This document shows, piece after piece, positions 44,805 to 54,336 of a stretch of DNA of 58,057 bases (positions within the stretch are counted from its first letter, which is position 1; each line of letters begins with the position of its first letter). The stretch spans positions 1 to 58,057 of the IMG/VR virus record IMGVR_UViG_3300030103_002567; one strand, written 5' to 3'. A program made the translations under genes and the position numbers. The DNA comes from a virus (taxonomy: Duplodnaviria; Caudoviricetes). The notes under the pieces are model-generated. The model saw only the letters and a program-made list of their open reading frames with translations, had not been told where the DNA came from and ran no database searches.

Positions 44805-45081
44805 ATATAATTTTATTTAGGTTAAAGTAATCAAGGTATTCATCTGATGAAATCTCATCGATGTCCATTATAAAGAACGGGTCAGTCCCATCATTATAAT
44901 ATTCCATCTCCATAAACACATCATTGTCGTCATCATTTCTAACAAGAAATCCTACCTTCTCAGGGTCTTCGGTGACATCAAAGTGACCGATGTTCGAAGC
45001 TACAAGTTTCATAGCAGAAACCCTAACCTTTCTTGGAAACTTAATCATTTTCTCTACAATGAAATCACTAATCTCTACCAT
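44752..45081 (-). CDS. Acidic hypothetical protein
   Basis: Start taken at MVEISDF to avoid a long overlap with the VRR-NUC gene. Confidence 0.65.
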   Translation of the reverse strand: MVEISDFIVEKMIKFPRKVRVSAMKLVASNIGHFDVTEDPEKVGFLVRNDDDNDVFMEMEYYNDGTDPFFIMDIDEISSDEYLDYFNLNKIIYEIDQDRDIRSSEESDC

Positions 45082-45310
45082 AAACTTCTGTTCGGCACCC
45101 GTGGCTTTCGAGTTCTTTGAGTCTGTATTCTTGGAGTTTTGAAAGTCTTCCATTTTTTGTTTTGATTTCAGAAAATAATATATCCGCACCAGGAGGTATT
45201 GCAATGAGGTCAGGAATCCCATTCTTATTTGTTTTTATTAGTTTAATAACATAGTACCCTTCGGCTTCGAGTTCTTTAATTCGTTTGGATTGTATTTGCT
45301 GTTCTCGCAT
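45068..45310 (-). CDS. VRR-NUC domain nuclease (resolvase-like)
   Basis: E..IQ...GIPDL...FSEIK...GRLSKLQ. Confidence 0.85.
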   Translation of the reverse strand: MREQQIQSKRIKELEAEGYYVIKLIKTNKNGIPDLIAIPPGADILFSEIKTKNGRLSKLQEYRLKELESHGCRTEVYGRD

Positions 45311-45321
45311 CCTTTAAGATA

Positions 45322-45711
45322 CTAGAATTTAAGCTTAGTTATATCCCAAAATATACCCAAACTATTCAATGCATCCTTAACATTCTTGTCCGTATCATGC
45401 CACGCCCCTTTCATGTAGTAACACTTAACATTGCAGAGGTGTAGCTGAATTGGGGCGCTGCCCAGTTGGTTGTGTACGATGTACATGGCAATGGCCTTTG
45501 GCGTATGCCAAGAGTCAACCAGCCTTTCTAGTAACAACCTCTGACCAGTAGGTATGCCTGAGCTTTTTACATCCTTCAGCTCCATGAATATGATAGCTTC
45601 GTTGTTAAACTCTAGTACAGCATCAATATCTGTAGGGTGTAGCTTACCGTTCTGTAGCCCAGTGAAATCAATGGGCTGATTTATATGGTCTACGTTCCTA
45701 ATCAGCGTCAT
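45322..45711 (-). CDS. PD-(D/E)XK-like protein
   Basis: PTDIDAVLE...IFMELK...GQR. Confidence 0.6.
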   Translation of the reverse strand: MTLIRNVDHINQPIDFTGLQNGKLHPTDIDAVLEFNNEAIIFMELKDVKSSGIPTGQRLLLERLVDSWHTPKAIAMYIVHNQLGSAPIQLHLCNVKCYYMKGAWHDTDKNVKDALNSLGIFWDITKLKF

Positions 45712-45985
45712 CAGCAGGGGTTAGCATCTCAAGTAGTTCTTCAACCTCATCTCTTGACGTGCCATTGAAATCGTTAACCCAAACAGGCGTACCCTCTCCA
45801 ACGTAAGCACCCCATACGTTATACTCTAGATACTCAACAGCCTCCTCGTGAGACATGCCCTCCTCAATAAGTATATCAACCATCTTAACCTTAGAATATA
45901 CTACCCTTGGGATAGCCATCCACTCCTCACTCAATCCAATTATGGCATCATTGAATCCATCTGCAAATAACGTTTGGTCTTTCAT
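45698..45985 (-). CDS. Phage hypothetical protein (ADGF..AIIG...EEAVEY..YN..GAYVGE.TP)
   Basis: ATGA coupling to the helicase; recurrent phage motif. Confidence 0.75.
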   Translation of the reverse strand: MKDQTLFADGFNDAIIGLSEEWMAIPRVVYSKVKMVDILIEEGMSHEEAVEYLEYNVWGAYVGEGTPVWVNDFNGTSRDEVEELLEMLTPADDAD

Positions 45986-47208
45986 AGGAAATCCTTTTTA
46001 AAATGTTTCAGCGTATAATCTTTCTTGTTGATTACGGCCTTGTAAATACGGGTCTCAATACCCCCTTCAGCGAACACCCAATATACATCATTCTTTTTTC
46101 TATCCTTGGTGGTCATTCTATCTCTAGACTGCCAGTACGATGTCGCACTGAAGTCAATGTTGTAGTACACTAGAGCGTCAGCCTCACGAAGACTGATGCC
46201 CTCTCTACCGCTTACAATCTGCAACGCAATATTCTTGTCACTGCCATTGAAGTCGTCGAGCTCAGTGCATAGGCTATCTCCAAAGACAGCCTTCAATGCA
46301 TTCAGCTCTTCCTTGAACTTGTAGAAGATACCTATCTTCTTACCCTTGAACCGCTCCTTGATAAACTCAGCCTTGCTGTAGTCAAGGACCATACTATTCC
46401 CACTTTCAAACTTAACGGTTCCGCTATACATTTGGTGTAGCTTACCCATCAACTTAACTGCAGTATCCGCAAGGACAACCTCCTCCTTGCCCTCCAGGAC
46501 TAGGTCCTTTTTTAGTTGCTTTGCCATGGCGTAGGTGTGGTCGCACATCTTAACAAACAACGCTCGCTCATGTGTATCAACCACGAACCCAGCATCCTTC
46601 TGAGAGAAGCTGATTGTGTATGGCTGCATCCTCTTCATGATAGACTCCTTGCCCTTGCTGTAGTCATTGATGGTGTGAGTGCCTATCTTCTTCTGACTCT
46701 TGTAGACCATTTGGTCAGCGAATCTGTAGAAGTTCTTGTAGAAATGGAACGGGTTGTTTGGAATACCATACACCTGATGATACATCTGAGAGTAAGACTC
46801 AGGAGTTGGTGTCCCTGATAATAGGATGACCTTTGCGCCTGTAGTTCGCAGTAGCTTTGACACGTCCTTAGCTCTCTTGCTTGGCTTAGGGAAAGCACCC
46901 ATCCCATGCGCCTCATCACACACGATAACGTCCCACTTAATCTTTGGAATCTTATGTAGGCTCTCGTAGTTTATAGTGGTCATGGCATACTCAGGAGCAA
47001 GCAGATTGTAGTCGCCCTCGATTGAGCTGATAGCCTTCTTCTTTGTTATGAACAGCACGTTCTGTGCGCCCAGACGTTGGCATATGCCCAGACTAGTGAG
47101 CGTCTTACCTGTACGAACCTCCATGGCTAGGTATACAAACCCATACCTCCTGATGATAGACGTACCGCGCTCAATTATTTGCTCCTGATAATCTCTAAAC
47201 TGTATCAT
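45982..47208 (-). CDS. SF2 (SNF2-like) helicase
   Basis: Q motif RDYQ, Walker A MEVRTGKT, DEAH, LSGTP, SGREGISL, QSRDR. Confidence 0.9.
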   Translation of the reverse strand: MIQFRDYQEQIIERGTSIIRRYGFVYLAMEVRTGKTLTSLGICQRLGAQNVLFITKKKAISSIEGDYNLLAPEYAMTTINYESLHKIPKIKWDVIVCDEAHGMGAFPKPSKRAKDVSKLLRTTGAKVILLSGTPTPESYSQMYHQVYGIPNNPFHFYKNFYRFADQMVYKSQKKIGTHTINDYSKGKESIMKRMQPYTISFSQKDAGFVVDTHERALFVKMCDHTYAMAKQLKKDLVLEGKEEVVLADTAVKLMGKLHQMYSGTVKFESGNSMVLDYSKAEFIKERFKGKKIGIFYKFKEELNALKAVFGDSLCTELDDFNGSDKNIALQIVSGREGISLREADALVYYNIDFSATSYWQSRDRMTTKDRKKNDVYWVFAEGGIETRIYKAVINKKDYTLKHFKKDFL

Positions 47209-49589
47209 TAGAATGGCACATCATCGTTAAAAAATCTAAACCATCTACCACTAGCATCCTTGCCCTCTTCAGGAGCCTTGCCATACTTGAACGTGCCATA
47301 GGCAGATATCCACTTGTAGAACTTGATTCTACTTACAGTCATCTTGGCCTTAGGTGCGAAGTCAGGATACTCGTCCGTGAACTTGCCATACATCTCCTGA
47401 GCATGTATCCTGCCCTTTCTCTCAAGAATCTCAGCTGCATCACTACCCTCGATAAGCCCACACCACTCAATGAACTCATGACAGGTCTCAGCACTAAGCT
47501 TACGCACTGCAAGGTTGACGAACTCACTCTTGATTAATCCCTCCACCATGTACAGCTGAAGACATCCAATCATGTAGTTGTCAAACGAGCACCACTCATC
47601 ATCATCCCAATCGCCAAACATCATACGCCCGAACTCATCGAACGGTGTGAAGTCCTTGTTGTAGAACTGATGTAGCTCCAGCTCCCACTTACGTCGCTCA
47701 AAGGAGTTACCCTTACCCTTGATGGCATAGTTAGTAGTGATTGAAATCTTAGGAGACTTATTAAATGGTATCTTGATTGCATCCTTGTTCTTCTTCTCTA
47801 GTGTGAGCCCCTCCGTAACTACAGAGAACAGCCGCTCAAAGTTAAACGCCTTGCGTACATCATCGAAGCATAGTATCTGAGTGTCTGCTGATACTAACTG
47901 ATACGCAAACGAACTCTCGAACGTGAATGACTTGCCATCGATAGTGACTAGCTTCTTCATATGCGACAGGGCATTCATAAGCAGTCCCTTACCAGTGCCT
48001 CCCTCAGGATTATCTGATATAACCTCATCATTCAGGATAACAGCAGGGCAATACGACATATTCTTGTGGCCATGCATCAGGTATCCTATCGTGGACTCCA
48101 TTGACTGTATTCTTTTTTGGTCACTTGCACATATGTTTGTTATAAACGTCCTGAAATCACAGGCAGTAGGCTCACACATCGTGAAGTTCCTGTCAATGAC
48201 GTGGTCCTTCCATACGTAACCACCCAAGTCAAGGTAGTCAATAGGTATCACCTCAGTAGGAGTAATCTTTACAGCGCAGTTGCGGTAGTACAGATAGCTC
48301 ACATGCTTTTCATCCTCGATGAAGTACACATCAATAGATGCAAGCAACGTCAGGAACTCCTCCCTGAAGTATCGCACGTTGTCAGCGAAGTAGTTGTACA
48401 GTGTGGCATCCTCCAACTCAAGCAAGTAGTTAAGGACGAAGTCCTTTATCTCCTTCTCAGAGGTGTGGTCAATCAAGTTGTTGGTCACCCTGACAAAGAC
48501 GTAGTTCTTACTACCCTCAGGGTTGTACTTGTAGAACCCATGCTCCTCCAAGAAGTTCTTGAATGACAGGTGCATTATCTTGATGCGCCCCTTGTCATCC
48601 TTTGTCCAGAACTTCATGTTGCTCTGCTCCTCCTCGATGCGACTAACCACAGAGTCAACCACACCAGGTGACATCTCTGAAGTCTCAACCTCAGCACGTA
48701 TCTCCTTGCGAGACATACCTGCCTTGACCATGTCACGTATCTTACCCACCTTATCTTGGTCCTCATACGACCTAGTGTTGAACTTGTCTACGTGACGATA
48801 AGCAGAAGCGACAGTGGCCTTTATCTCCTCTGAAGAGAAGTCCTCAGCTTCATACCTAGTCAATACATACTCAGCCAATGAACGCTGAATACCAAAGTCA
48901 TTGAACGCAGCTGCGAGAATATAGATGTTATGATTACGTTGACCCTCCACCATAGGATACTTACGCTCCCACCACGACAGTAAGATGTCTACTATCTTAC
49001 CCTCGTTTGTGATTGGTATTGTAACGTCACCAGTGATTACCTCCTTGTGCTCATCCTCAGCTATGGAATCCCATACTGAGCTGTTCTCATTGATGTGAAG
49101 CAATGGGTCATAACTTTCATAGCACACCCGACTCACGTTCTTGCAGGACACATCGAAGTGGTCCGACTTGAAGTAAGACTTGAGCGAGTTGAAATAGTTG
49201 ACGTGGTTGTGAGGCTCTGCAGGTATCTTTACAATGACCTTGAGGCCATTGCCTGAAGGAGAAACAAATACGGAATAAACGAACTTGTTCTTCTTCATCT
49301 GCTCCTTGTCCTGAAGCATATCTTTTTGTCTTTCGTATCCATCGAAATCAAGTCCGATGAATCCACTGTGCTCGACTAATGCTGAATCTGACCTGCGAGA
49401 GAACTTACCACTGAAACAGATAGCAGGTAGCCCTTGCTTCAGCTCATTGCGTCTTGTCTTATCTTTTTCTGACCGTATCTTCTTAATTAAATCTTTGGAC
49501 GCACCATCTCTTATTCTGTGTAAGATGTAGTTTATGTCTTTGTAAAAAGGTTGGTCGGTATCTTTTATGTTTCGGAATATAGTTATCAT
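47208..49589 (-). CDS. Primase-helicase (BT4734/VirE-N PrimPol-like + PriCT + D5-like P-loop)
   Basis: LK..LP.....GKF..R, HSGFIGLDFD, F.SPSGNGLK, D.SCKN.SR, GQRNH (PriCT), EGGTGKG, FDD. Confidence 0.88.
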   Translation of the reverse strand: MITIFRNIKDTDQPFYKDINYILHRIRDGASKDLIKKIRSEKDKTRRNELKQGLPAICFSGKFSRRSDSALVEHSGFIGLDFDGYERQKDMLQDKEQMKKNKFVYSVFVSPSGNGLKVIVKIPAEPHNHVNYFNSLKSYFKSDHFDVSCKNVSRVCYESYDPLLHINENSSVWDSIAEDEHKEVITGDVTIPITNEGKIVDILLSWWERKYPMVEGQRNHNIYILAAAFNDFGIQRSLAEYVLTRYEAEDFSSEEIKATVASAYRHVDKFNTRSYEDQDKVGKIRDMVKAGMSRKEIRAEVETSEMSPGVVDSVVSRIEEEQSNMKFWTKDDKGRIKIMHLSFKNFLEEHGFYKYNPEGSKNYVFVRVTNNLIDHTSEKEIKDFVLNYLLELEDATLYNYFADNVRYFREEFLTLLASIDVYFIEDEKHVSYLYYRNCAVKITPTEVIPIDYLDLGGYVWKDHVIDRNFTMCEPTACDFRTFITNICASDQKRIQSMESTIGYLMHGHKNMSYCPAVILNDEVISDNPEGGTGKGLLMNALSHMKKLVTIDGKSFTFESSFAYQLVSADTQILCFDDVRKAFNFERLFSVVTEGLTLEKKNKDAIKIPFNKSPKISITTNYAIKGKGNSFERRKWELELHQFYNKDFTPFDEFGRMMFGDWDDDEWCSFDNYMIGCLQLYMVEGLIKSEFVNLAVRKLSAETCHEFIEWCGLIEGSDAAEILERKGRIHAQEMYGKFTDEYPDFAPKAKMTVSRIKFYKWISAYGTFKYGKAPEEGKDASGRWFRFFNDDVPF

Positions 49590-49610
49590 TTGATTTCATT
49601 TACCGCCCAA

Positions 49611-49648
49611 AAAATAGTAGAGGAGGGGGCGAACCCCCTACCATCTAC
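49611..49648 (-). terminator. Intrinsic terminator after the SSB-like gene
   Basis: Minus strand GTAGATGGTAGGGGG-TTCG-CCCCCTCCTCTAC followed by TATTTTTT. Confidence 0.75.
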
Positions 49649-49664
49649 AGACAAAGCACAAACC

Positions 49665-49889
49665 TTAGAATTCCTCCTTCTTTTTGGGCTCGTAGGTGTC
49701 CAGCTCCACGTAATAGCTACCACCTTTTGATTGGTTGATGTTGAGGTTGACCCATCCGTTCTTTGTTCTATCCTTGATGAACTGAACGGCATCTTCAGCC
49801 TTGAGGCTGAGGTTCCCAACTACAAAGTCAGGGGCATTGTCCCTACGCTTGAAGCTGAAACCGTCTGCGAAAATTTTCTCTTTATTCAT
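49665..49889 (-). CDS. Putative single-stranded DNA-binding protein (short OB-fold)
   Basis: NAPDFV.G.LS..., WVNL.I..SK.G..Y.ELDT, tail ending EEF; next to the exonuclease and annealase. Confidence 0.55.
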   Translation of the reverse strand: MNKEKIFADGFSFKRRDNAPDFVVGNLSLKAEDAVQFIKDRTKNGWVNLNINQSKGGSYYVELDTYEPKKKEEF

Positions 49890-49900
49890 ATTAAATTAAT

Positions 49901-50638
49901 TTAAAGTTCCTCCACAATATAATGATTCTCGATTGATTCGGTGGAGGATTCCCCGAAGAATCGATTGTATATATCTGATGCCTCCTTCACCTTCTGCTCA
50001 CCAGACCGCAGAAACTCATCCGAACAATGGAACATGCCCATCGCCAATGTATTCTTGTCAATAACCCAGAACTCCATAGGCTTACCAAACAATGTTTGGT
50101 AAATGTACGCCTGACTATCGTAGTTGAATTTATATGCAGAGTTCCTGAAACTACCGATTGATGACGTTGTCTTCAAGTCGATAATCTTATCACTAGATAT
50201 GATATCAGCCTTGCCCTTCCATGATAGCCCACATATATCCCCAACAGCAGGTTGCTCGTATACATTCCCCTCCTCATAGATGCCATCAAAGAAATCAAAG
50301 TTACCCTTCATAGCATCCACCATCGCATCCACCTGAGCCTGTTCATGACATAGCATAGCCATGCCACCATCCTTAGTGGCTTCCTTGTATACCTTAGTAG
50401 ACCTTGTAGTGGCATCAACACACTGTATCTCCTTAGCCTTCTCAGGCTCTAGTACAGACCAGTGAAAGTATCTACCCATGAGTAGAGCCTTGCTATCTGA
50501 ACTTCCCTTGCGAAACATGTTTGGATTGTTAAGTAACGCTGATATATCTGAGTTGGATAGCCATTGCTTACCGAACTCACCGTAGTACATCTCATCATCC
50601 TTCAGCTTGGACAGTATACTATTATCTCCTCTAGACAT
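49901..50638 (-). CDS. RecE/ExoVIII-like PD-(D/E)XK exonuclease (DUF3799-like)
   Basis: LSNSDI, G..FH..VLEP, KGKAD...IIDLKTT, Y..QAYIY. Confidence 0.85.
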   Translation of the reverse strand: MSRGDNSILSKLKDDEMYYGEFGKQWLSNSDISALLNNPNMFRKGSSDSKALLMGRYFHWSVLEPEKAKEIQCVDATTRSTKVYKEATKDGGMAMLCHEQAQVDAMVDAMKGNFDFFDGIYEEGNVYEQPAVGDICGLSWKGKADIISSDKIIDLKTTSSIGSFRNSAYKFNYDSQAYIYQTLFGKPMEFWVIDKNTLAMGMFHCSDEFLRSGEQKVKEASDIYNRFFGESSTESIENHYIVEEL

Positions 50639-51200
50639 TCTTCTTCAATTCTTTGATTACAGACTGCGATAACTTAGAGTACTTCGTTTCAAGAGTAACT
50701 ACCAAGTCATCAAACTTACCTTTGTTGGCCTGAACATACTTGACCACCTTGTCCCAGTTCTCATCACCAACCTTCAGCGTAGGCTTCTTGGCAGGTTTCT
50801 TTGGGGCAGGTTGACTGCTAGGCAGGTCTTCACCTGTCCACAACTGCAACCCTAGACCATGCATGGCAATCGCCTTAGCTGTTGACCTTTGGATTGTCTT
50901 GTTGACATCGAACGCAGTCATCGTTTCTACGCTCAGCGCTCGGTTACGATAATCCATGACAGGCAACATATCAATATGCTCTAGCCCATCGATAGTGATA
51001 CCCACCTTGACGTATGCCGTACTGCCATCACTGAAGAAGTTCAACCCAGTGTGCTCATGTTCGTACACTGTACGCTGTGCATTAGGATAATGCTTCTTGA
51101 CTAGTGACCAAGCATCGGCCCACGACACATAGTCGAGCTGACCTTTACGCTTGATGCGGTCTTTGAAATCTATACTACTTAACTTTTGGAAAACGCTCAT
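50631..51200 (-). CDS. Sak3/DUF1071-like single-strand annealing protein
   Basis: LDYVSWADAW...YP.A, LPVMDYRN, FDVNKTIQR...KAIAMHGLGL.LW.GED. Confidence 0.85.
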   Translation of the reverse strand: MSVFQKLSSIDFKDRIKRKGQLDYVSWADAWSLVKKHYPNAQRTVYEHEHTGLNFFSDGSTAYVKVGITIDGLEHIDMLPVMDYRNRALSVETMTAFDVNKTIQRSTAKAIAMHGLGLQLWTGEDLPSSQPAPKKPAKKPTLKVGDENWDKVVKYVQANKGKFDDLVVTLETKYSKLSQSVIKELKKNV

Positions 51201-51495
51201 AATACTTATTTAATTTTGATTTAGCTGATTTAATAACGACCTCTGACTCACTATTATTGTGCAGTCGAGTATACTTATCCAAATATAATTGTTTAACTCC
51301 TTCTACCCAACCCAACTCGCCTAAAACCTCCATCTCAGACTCGCCAACAGGCCTTATCTTACTGTACTCAGATATCGAACATATAATTATATCTCCTTCC
51401 TTTGTTCTACGCACCTTGTAGCCCATAAAGAATGCACTGTCACTTGTTTTTATGCCATGTTTGGTGCTCATGGCTTCTTCGTATACCGCTACCAT
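51175..51495 (-). CDS. Hypothetical protein
   Basis: ORF in the co-oriented operon. Confidence 0.65.
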   Translation of the reverse strand: MVAVYEEAMSTKHGIKTSDSAFFMGYKVRRTKEGDIIICSISEYSKIRPVGESEMEVLGELGWVEGVKQLYLDKYTRLHNNSESEVVIKSAKSKLNKYYERFPKVK

Positions 51496-51848
51496 TCGAA
51501 AGGATAATACTGTCCATCTTCAAGGTTTAATACGGTCTTATCGCAAGGGTCTACAACCCTCTCCATCCATATGTAACCCCCACCTCTCCAATCAAAAAGG
51601 TAACATCCAGTAGCGCAGTTGTGAACCATCGTGTCTCCTCGATATATGGAATACCCATCAGCAGTAACGTCGATAGGAACTTTCCTGTAAAAGTGATAGT
51701 CCTCATCTCTTACGATACTATCAGGAGGGAATGTGTAACGCTTACGCTTTGTTATGTGACTCTTGTGGGCAGTAATCGGCAATGCCAATTCATACTTCAC
51801 TAGATGGCAACTGCTCAATAGCAGTGCAATTATTAATAACTTCTTCAT
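51489..51848 (-). CDS. Putative lipoprotein
   Basis: MKKLLIIALLLSS-C lipobox. Confidence 0.7.
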   Translation of the reverse strand: MKKLLIIALLLSSCHLVKYELALPITAHKSHITKRKRYTFPPDSIVRDEDYHFYRKVPIDVTADGYSIYRGDTMVHNCATGCYLFDWRGGGYIWMERVVDPCDKTVLNLEDGQYYPFEW

Positions 51849-52048
51849 ACTTTACTATATTGAATTACTGTGAAAAAATCCTCTCTGCTCAACTCTAATA
51901 CAAAATCAAGTGAGCATTGAGTTAACGTGAATGGCTCCCCTTCACCTTCTATCGGGCGTATCAACCCCTCGCCATCGATGATACAATTAACTGACTTTAG
52001 GTACATCTTTTTCTTTTTTGATTTTAGCGTACACCATAGCACCTTCAT
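51845..52048 (-). CDS. Hypothetical protein
   Basis: ATGA overlap with the next gene; exact start uncertain. Confidence 0.55.
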   Translation of the reverse strand: MKVLWCTLKSKKKKMYLKSVNCIIDGEGLIRPIEGEGEPFTLTQCSLDFVLELSREDFFTVIQYSKV

Positions 52049-52102
52049 GCACCAGAGGGTGTACTACCTTAATAAACTCTATATACTTTTTTACATCCAT
52101 TA

Positions 52103-52312
52103 CTATTTGATTTTAAATTGCCATTTACTTGCCAATAGAATCGCATTAAGTTCATCTTTGACGGTGCTTATATTATCTCTTACCTCCATACGTGTATCGT
52201 AATCCATGCCATCCATTAGTTGATACATATCAATCAACTGCCCTTTAATAACGGCAACATACTGCACTATATTGCGTAACCGTTGCTCTTTTTGTTCCTT
52301 ACTTAACTCCAT
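52103..52312 (-). CDS. Hypothetical helical protein
   Basis: Start taken at MELSKEQ after an A-rich leader. Confidence 0.65.
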   Translation of the reverse strand: MELSKEQKEQRLRNIVQYVAVIKGQLIDMYQLMDGMDYDTRMEVRDNISTVKDELNAILLASKWQFKIK

Positions 52313-52328
52313 TGCTTTAATTTTTAGT

Positions 52329-52676
52329 TTAGAAACAACCCTGTTCAGGGCATGTTTCATTGTGATTGTTAACCCATGATGAATGGTATTTCTCATTCAG
52401 CGTAGGCGATATGAATGGCTTATCACTGAACGCTAGGTCTATGCCTAGGAGACGGTCTTTTTCGACGTCACCAGTCAACCCCTCGACCTCATTCATTTCG
52501 GCTAGTAGTTGATAGAAATCTTTATTACCGAAAACCCCATACCCATCGTATGCATCTTCCATCCACACGTTACCCTTGTTATCTCGCATATATGTCATTT
52601 GTGGCTTATAACCATCAGACCATGTATTTCTGATACTTCTTCTCGTATCATTTGTAATCCAGCTAAAACATCCCAT
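52329..52676 (-). CDS. Phage hypothetical protein (MG.FSW...Y.GYG.FG.KD...CP.QG.F)
   Basis: Recurrent phage early-gene motif; A-rich leader. Confidence 0.8.
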   Translation of the reverse strand: MGCFSWITNDTRRSIRNTWSDGYKPQMTYMRDNKGNVWMEDAYDGYGVFGNKDFYQLLAEMNEVEGLTGDVEKDRLLGIDLAFSDKPFISPTLNEKYHSSWVNNHNETCPEQGCF

Positions 52677-52681
52677 AATTT

Positions 52682-52990
52682 CTATTTTAAAATTTTAATT
52701 AAATACTCCTTGAGTATATCCTCAAGATACCCACGCTCGACCTCCTCTAGGAAATCAACAATCCATTCCTGCTGATAGTGACCACCCTCTAGGTAAGGGT
52801 TAGAACTATCTAGCACACGATACTGCAACCCCTCATCGTAGTAGAACTGCTGAAGTACATCGAAGTCTACTATCGTGGTTTCCCACTTTATGTTCTGTGC
52901 ATCGCCATTCCTTGTGAATTCAACCTCCAGGTCGACACAGTAATTTGGCTTATCTATTTCTTTGATTTCTTCAATGTGTAACTTTCTCAT
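52682..52990 (-). CDS. Acidic hypothetical protein
   Basis: Directly downstream of the promoter motif at 52999-53024. Confidence 0.75.
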   Translation of the reverse strand: MRKLHIEEIKEIDKPNYCVDLEVEFTRNGDAQNIKWETTIVDFDVLQQFYYDEGLQYRVLDSSNPYLEGGHYQQEWIVDFLEEVERGYLEDILKEYLIKILK

Positions 52991-53027
52991 ATCTATATAA
53001 CGTTTAATTATTCTGTTTATTGTGTTG

Positions 53028-53381
53028 TTAATCTAAGTCGCTATCCATGTCTGCTATTCTAATCTTCATCATCCTTTCGGTATCTGTGTTCTCTCGAATG
53101 AATCTTACTACTGCATCGTAGGTAGACGATAGTTTGTCTTTTGATGTGAAACATTGAGGTTTACTTATCATCTCTCCAAACTCAGCCTTACCTCCTTGTA
53201 TGGTGAAAACATACCCTAAACTTTCTATCTTCTGCACTACAGGTATCAACCAATCCCAAGAGGTGTGAAACTTTAGGTCTAGATAGCACTTGTTCTCTCC
53301 TAACACACCTTCGTAATCGAACCATCCATCTCGCCCAAGAGACATGCCCATAAACTCTGCTATTAACTTATTTTCTTTCAT
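53028..53381 (-). CDS. Phage protein of the N.LIAEFMG...FH.SWDWL.PVV.KI type (ABA-sandwich-like)
   Basis: Recognisable recurrent motif; ATGA coupling. Confidence 0.7.
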   Translation of the reverse strand: MKENKLIAEFMGMSLGRDGWFDYEGVLGENKCYLDLKFHTSWDWLIPVVQKIESLGYVFTIQGGKAEFGEMISKPQCFTSKDKLSSTYDAVVRFIRENTDTERMMKIRIADMDSDLD

Positions 53382-53809
53382 GATTCCTTCTTTTCAATTC
53401 CTTCTTGACTACACACCTCGTCGATGACACCGAAGATGACCTCCATTACATACTCATTGTTCAATGCTCTGCGAATGACATCCATCGCATCCTCATCACA
53501 GCAATCGTAGTTTTGTAAGACATCATCAATGTGCCAAAGGTTTGCCGTTTGAAAGCCCCTATCGGCTAACTCGTTCCGCAAATCCTCTGTGCTTAATTCT
53601 TTCATTCGCCCTCCAAGAATTGGGGTTTCCTCCAATTGGTCTGAAATAATTTGCTGATTTCGAAGAGACAAATCTTGAATCAGCATAACCTCTTCATCTC
53701 CATACAAGTCATCCATAGCCTCTTGCTTATCGCCATAGATGACTACCTCTCCAGTAGTAAAGCGTAGCATATTGTCTAACGCTCTGTTGTAAATAATATA
53801 ATCTTTCAT
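53378..53809 (-). CDS. Acidic two-domain early protein
   Basis: Start MKDYIIY after the promoter motif; C-terminal W.IDDV...DEDA domain. Confidence 0.75.
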   Translation of the reverse strand: MKDYIIYNRALDNMLRFTTGEVVIYGDKQEAMDDLYGDEEVMLIQDLSLRNQQIISDQLEETPILGGRMKELSTEDLRNELADRGFQTANLWHIDDVLQNYDCCDEDAMDVIRRALNNEYVMEVIFGVIDEVCSQEGIEKKES

Positions 53810-53822
53810 AATTGTATAACGT

Positions 53823-53909
53823 TTAATCTTCAATTGTATTGCCCACATGATAAAGTATTCCGAAAATTATCGCTAGGCATACCACCATCAGTATAATTTT
53901 TGATATCAT
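53823..53909 (-). CDS. Possible 28 aa membrane peptide (MISKIILMVVCLAIIFGILYHVGNTIED)
   Basis: ATGA overlap with the upstream stop; single hydrophobic helix. Confidence 0.45.
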   Translation of the reverse strand: MISKIILMVVCLAIIFGILYHVGNTIED

Positions 53910-54238
53910 AGTAGGTCGTTTATGTAGTCAGTAGAAGCGCCCTCGAAGTCCCCATCCCTTGCAATATCTCCTAATATGTTTTCCAGTAGGTCGCAATCTA
54001 CATTGTCGCCTATATATCTATTAAATAGCGTCTCTAACTCCTCGGGCAATCTGTATTCAATGAAATCCTTAATGTCATCATCATCAAGTTCTTCCTCCTC
54101 TTGACCTAGTGTCCGACGTGCTTTGTTTTTTTCCTCATGCTCTTCAATGAAATCATCTTTGAGTGCTTCAATGGCATCCAATACATCGCTTTCATTTAGC
54201 ATATCTCTAATCTCTTCTTTTGATAAATCGTAATTCAT
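53906..54238 (-). CDS. Very acidic early protein (DNA-mimic candidate)
   Basis: Runs such as QEEEELDDDDIKD; very high D/E content. Confidence 0.75.
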   Translation of the reverse strand: MNYDLSKEEIRDMLNESDVLDAIEALKDDFIEEHEEKNKARRTLGQEEEELDDDDIKDFIEYRLPEELETLFNRYIGDNVDCDLLENILGDIARDGDFEGASTDYINDLL

Positions 54239-54280
54239 AATTTCTATTGTTTAATTGTTTAACGTTTAGTTTTTAAGTTT

Positions 54281-54336
54281 ATTAAGACGCTGAGCGTACA
54301 CCCAGCGTTTCGCCTATTGAAGGCTCATCAGTTAAT
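54281..54336 (-). ncRNA. Type I hammerhead ribozyme
   Basis: ATTAA CTGATGA GCCT-TCAAT-AGGC GAAA CGCTGGG-TGTACG-CTCAGCG TC/TTAAT: complete catalytic core, three stems, GUC cleavage triplet. Confidence 0.92.

Noticed and set aside
49586-49819. 77 aa minus-strand ORF
   Set aside because: Alternative frame over the SSB-like gene and its terminator
53880-53895. Second hammerhead core (CTGATGG on the minus strand)
   Set aside because: Core mismatch, no stem II or properly placed GAAA; lies in a plausible small ORF
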